This document shows positions 61,059-64,000 of a stretch of DNA of 64,000 bases, one piece after another. A model generated the notes under the pieces. That model was not told where the DNA came from, ran no database searches, and saw nothing but the letters and a program-made list of their open reading frames with translations. Source of the stretch: Takakia lepidozioides (Eukaryota; Plantae; Bryophyta); the NCBI GenBank assembly GCA_030704615.1, contig CM060733.1, forward strand, positions 9,796,001-9,860,000, written 5' to 3'. A program made the translations under genes and the position numbers. The first letter of the stretch is position 1, and each line of letters begins with the position of its first letter.

Positions 61059-64000
61059 ATGGCTGCTGGTGGATCCATGCCATTTCCGAGCATCATGAAT
61101 CCATCCACGAAAAGCAAGAAGTTCTCTTGGAAAGGATCGCACAAAGGGTTTGATAATGGGTCTCAGCGGGATTCGGACAACCCAGTATCCTCCAAGACCA
61201 AGATTTCAGAAAATTCGAATTCTGCAAAGTGGAAATCGTTCAAAAGTAAGAAATTTTCTTGGAGAAGGGGATCGTCTGAGGGCTTTGGGGAAGGAGTCCT
61301 GAACGTCCCAATGGAGGCGGAAAACTCGAATTCCTTCACTCTTGGTGCCAGTGAAGAAGTCCGGCCCGAGCATCTCGTCATCCTGGTCAATGGCATCGTT
61401 GGCAGGTGATTTTCATAAGAAGATGTACAAGGGAATAATTGGGTTGAATGGGAGGGTGTGGGAAATCTTAGATGTATGCTACAAAGGGAGATAGAAACTG
61501 GGCGAGAATGTTGGATCGATCGCATCCAGCGCGAGGGTATATAGATGGATAGATAGATAGAGAGACAGCCAACGGTACTTCCGAAAACAATTCCAAAACC
61601 AAAAACCCTTCTCGAATCGTCAATCTCTGACGGGACTGTGTAAGTTCCCGCGTTAAAATTATCGGAGGTAGACAGTCTCGTGTACTAATCACTTTTAGTC
61701 TGCATAATTGGAGGCCAGACGAGCTGCTTCTGAAAAGATTATGTTATACTGGGCGGGAGAAAAAGAAGTGGGGTTCCTTCTGCGCCTCATTCATGTTGCA
61801 TGTTGGATAAATCGTGTGCGCCCGAATCTGCAGATTGCGTAAGCCGGCTCAGGAACGCCCCCATGCCCTCGTAAGGGATGTGGAATACGAAGCAGGCATA
61901 GTAGGCCATCAGACTGACGTCTGATATCAACGAAAATGTCTATGTCAAAAGCTTTGGGGCGAGCTGGCGTTCTGGGCTCCATCTCCTCTAAGCATGTAAA
62001 GTCTTAATCAGCTGATCCTGCCTTGCTTGTTGAGGATATTCCCTCAGGCAGCAGCAAAGTTGCAGTAGATAGACATCTATTAGAAGGAATTCTGCAATTC
62101 TCTGAAACCAATATATTATAAACCCCCAGTTGCTGGCAGCCAATCATTTGATAATGACCAGAGAGAGAGAGAGAGAGAGAGGAATTTGCTTGGAGGCCGC
62201 ATACAATGGAAAACAACTGCAGCCAAAGATTCATAATCTTGATGGCCTTCTTAATCTTATTGACCTCCATCCAATCATGTTTCTATCATTTTTCCCAGGA
62301 GCACTCAATCACTTGGCATGTGCCTGTGGATGCAGCGCCGAAAATTGGAGGTTTGCTGCAGAGCAATTCAAATTGAAGCTTGCTGACAGAGTTGTCGTTC
62401 ATTGTGTGTAACCATCATCCTGTCCCACTTGATTGTTTTCATTGAGTTGAAGAAAACCTTAATACAAGAGCTCTCTCTTTCAGTGCTGGGTATAGTTGTA
62501 TGCTCTACTGTTCAAACTCTCTGTAGTTGCAGCTGCTGGGTGTGTGCCAATAATTTTGAAACCCTGCAATTGTCTCTGTAAGGGATATATCCTGCAGTGA
62601 GTATGCCCATGGTCAGATCGATTGGTCATTGTGGCCAACTTTACTTTGCTCTGTTACACAGACTCTGGGTCATGTGCAGATTTTGCAAGTATGTCTATTG
62701 GAAATTTTTATAATGCACAGGGGGCTTTCTTAGAATCTTTGCTTATTGTGTTGTTTTAAGCTGATACCAGTTCTTGACTAATAGATAGTCATCTTAACAT
62801 AACTGGGAGTAATATGTGCTTTAGACTATGGATCATTGCAGGCAGTGCATCCAACTCTGCTTTACGGACCTTCAATGGCGTTGATGTCATGGGACATCGA
62901 CTTGCTGAAGAGGTTGGATTCCTCATCCCTCCCCCACTCCCCGCTTTAAGAATAGTTACAGGCCTGGTGTCTCTCACTAAGGAGTTATTTGCATTCGGCA
63001 GGTGCAAGCTGTTATAAAGGCCACTCCTGGTGTAACAAAAATCTCCTTTGTGGCTCATTCGCTTGGTGGCTTAGTTGCTCGGTATGCAATTGGTCAGTTG
63101 TACGCTCCTCCTGGTGGTCAAGATTTACTGCAGGAGAGGCAGGATTGCAACTCAGCAGATGGAGAAGTCCCAGTTGATGATAGTGAAGAAGGTGATGCTG
63201 TGGATGTCAGTGAATCAGCAGCTGTCGCTGCCTTGCATGGGAGTATGGCAGGACTGGAACCTGTCAATTTTATCACGGTTGCTACACCTCATTTGGGCTC
63301 CAAAGGGAATCAACAGGTATGATATTCTTGCACACTTCATATCATCTAGAAAAAATAGCTCCATATGTAAGACGTTCTACGCATGAAAGATTAGCAGGGT
63401 CTCAATGTATCGGCTTTTAACTCCATTGGAATGGACTTACTATGTCCATGTGCTTGTCACTGGGTTCCTACGTAATTTCCAGGGTTTAGCCCCATTGTCA
63501 CCTCTTTGTAACTGGTGAAGTCAGGGTCTGTGGCTGGCAGTATACCACTGCTGCAACATGTTGTTTTCGGATGGCAAATGGGAGTGGTTGACCCATGTCT
63601 AAAAAGACAGATCACTCCAATGTATATAAAGGAATAATAATATGCAAGTCATCGTTGTGTGCTCCATGAAGGGTTTCTGAAGTTTAACTGCTGGTCTTCG
63701 CAAGGTCCAGCTGTTGTGCAGTTGTCTCATGGTACATGGAATAACCTTGATTTAGAAGGGTCCTTAAAGCAAGCATAGTCACATCTGTTAAGGAGATGCA
63801 GAAGGTTTGTTGTCCTTGTCTACTGTTAAGTTGATGATGTGTCTGTGTGCGTGTCTCTCTCACTAAGGGGAGACTTTGTTGATTTTGCAGTTGCCTTTCC
63901 TGTTTGGGTTTTCGGCATTAGAGAAAATGGCACCCCTAATGGCTCATTGGTTCGTTGGAAGAACCGGCCGACATTTGTTTTTGTCTGATGGAGACAGTAG
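61059..64000 (+). CDS. DUF676 putative serine esterase/lipase (alpha/beta hydrolase), exons 61059-61405, 62336-62403, 62842-62912, 63002-63316, 63891-end; continues beyond the window
   Basis: PEHLVILVNGIVGS, TFNGVDVMGHRLAEEV, KISFVAHSLGGLVARYAIG, NFITVATPHLG, GRTGRHLFL; GT-AG junctions. Confidence 0.92.

Overview
Eukaryotic plant genomic DNA. Spliced genes and the TE lineages suggest a non-seed land plant, possibly a bryophyte (inference). 0-6.2 kb: a decayed L1-type LINE abutting the 3' fragment of a related LINE. 7-26 kb: host genes (small membrane protein, GDP-L-fucose synthase, mTERF5/MDA1-like, ALG10, F-box) plus a MITE. 27-59 kb: nested transposons. A hAT element (20-bp TIRs, 8-bp TSD) carries, inside its transposase intron, a 10.9-kb Ty3/gypsy element. 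A second, truncated non-chromoviral gypsy element with a long intact extra ORF and a hAT remnant follow. 61-64 kb: a DUF676 hydrolase gene. The standout is the 10.9-kb element (30698-41645, minus strand). It encodes a DNMT3-like cytosine methyltransferase between protease and RT and a PHD finger at the integrase C-terminus, and it appears to self-prime. It does not have two normal LTRs; its ends are split direct repeats (B...A-B-A) with a 4-bp TSD. This is the pattern expected if a 2-LTR circle were cut and integrated at a palindromic GACA^GC^TGTC site inside the LTR. Separately, both LINE copies conserve a peptide in the +1 frame past the ORF2 stop. All calls were made by eye without database searches.
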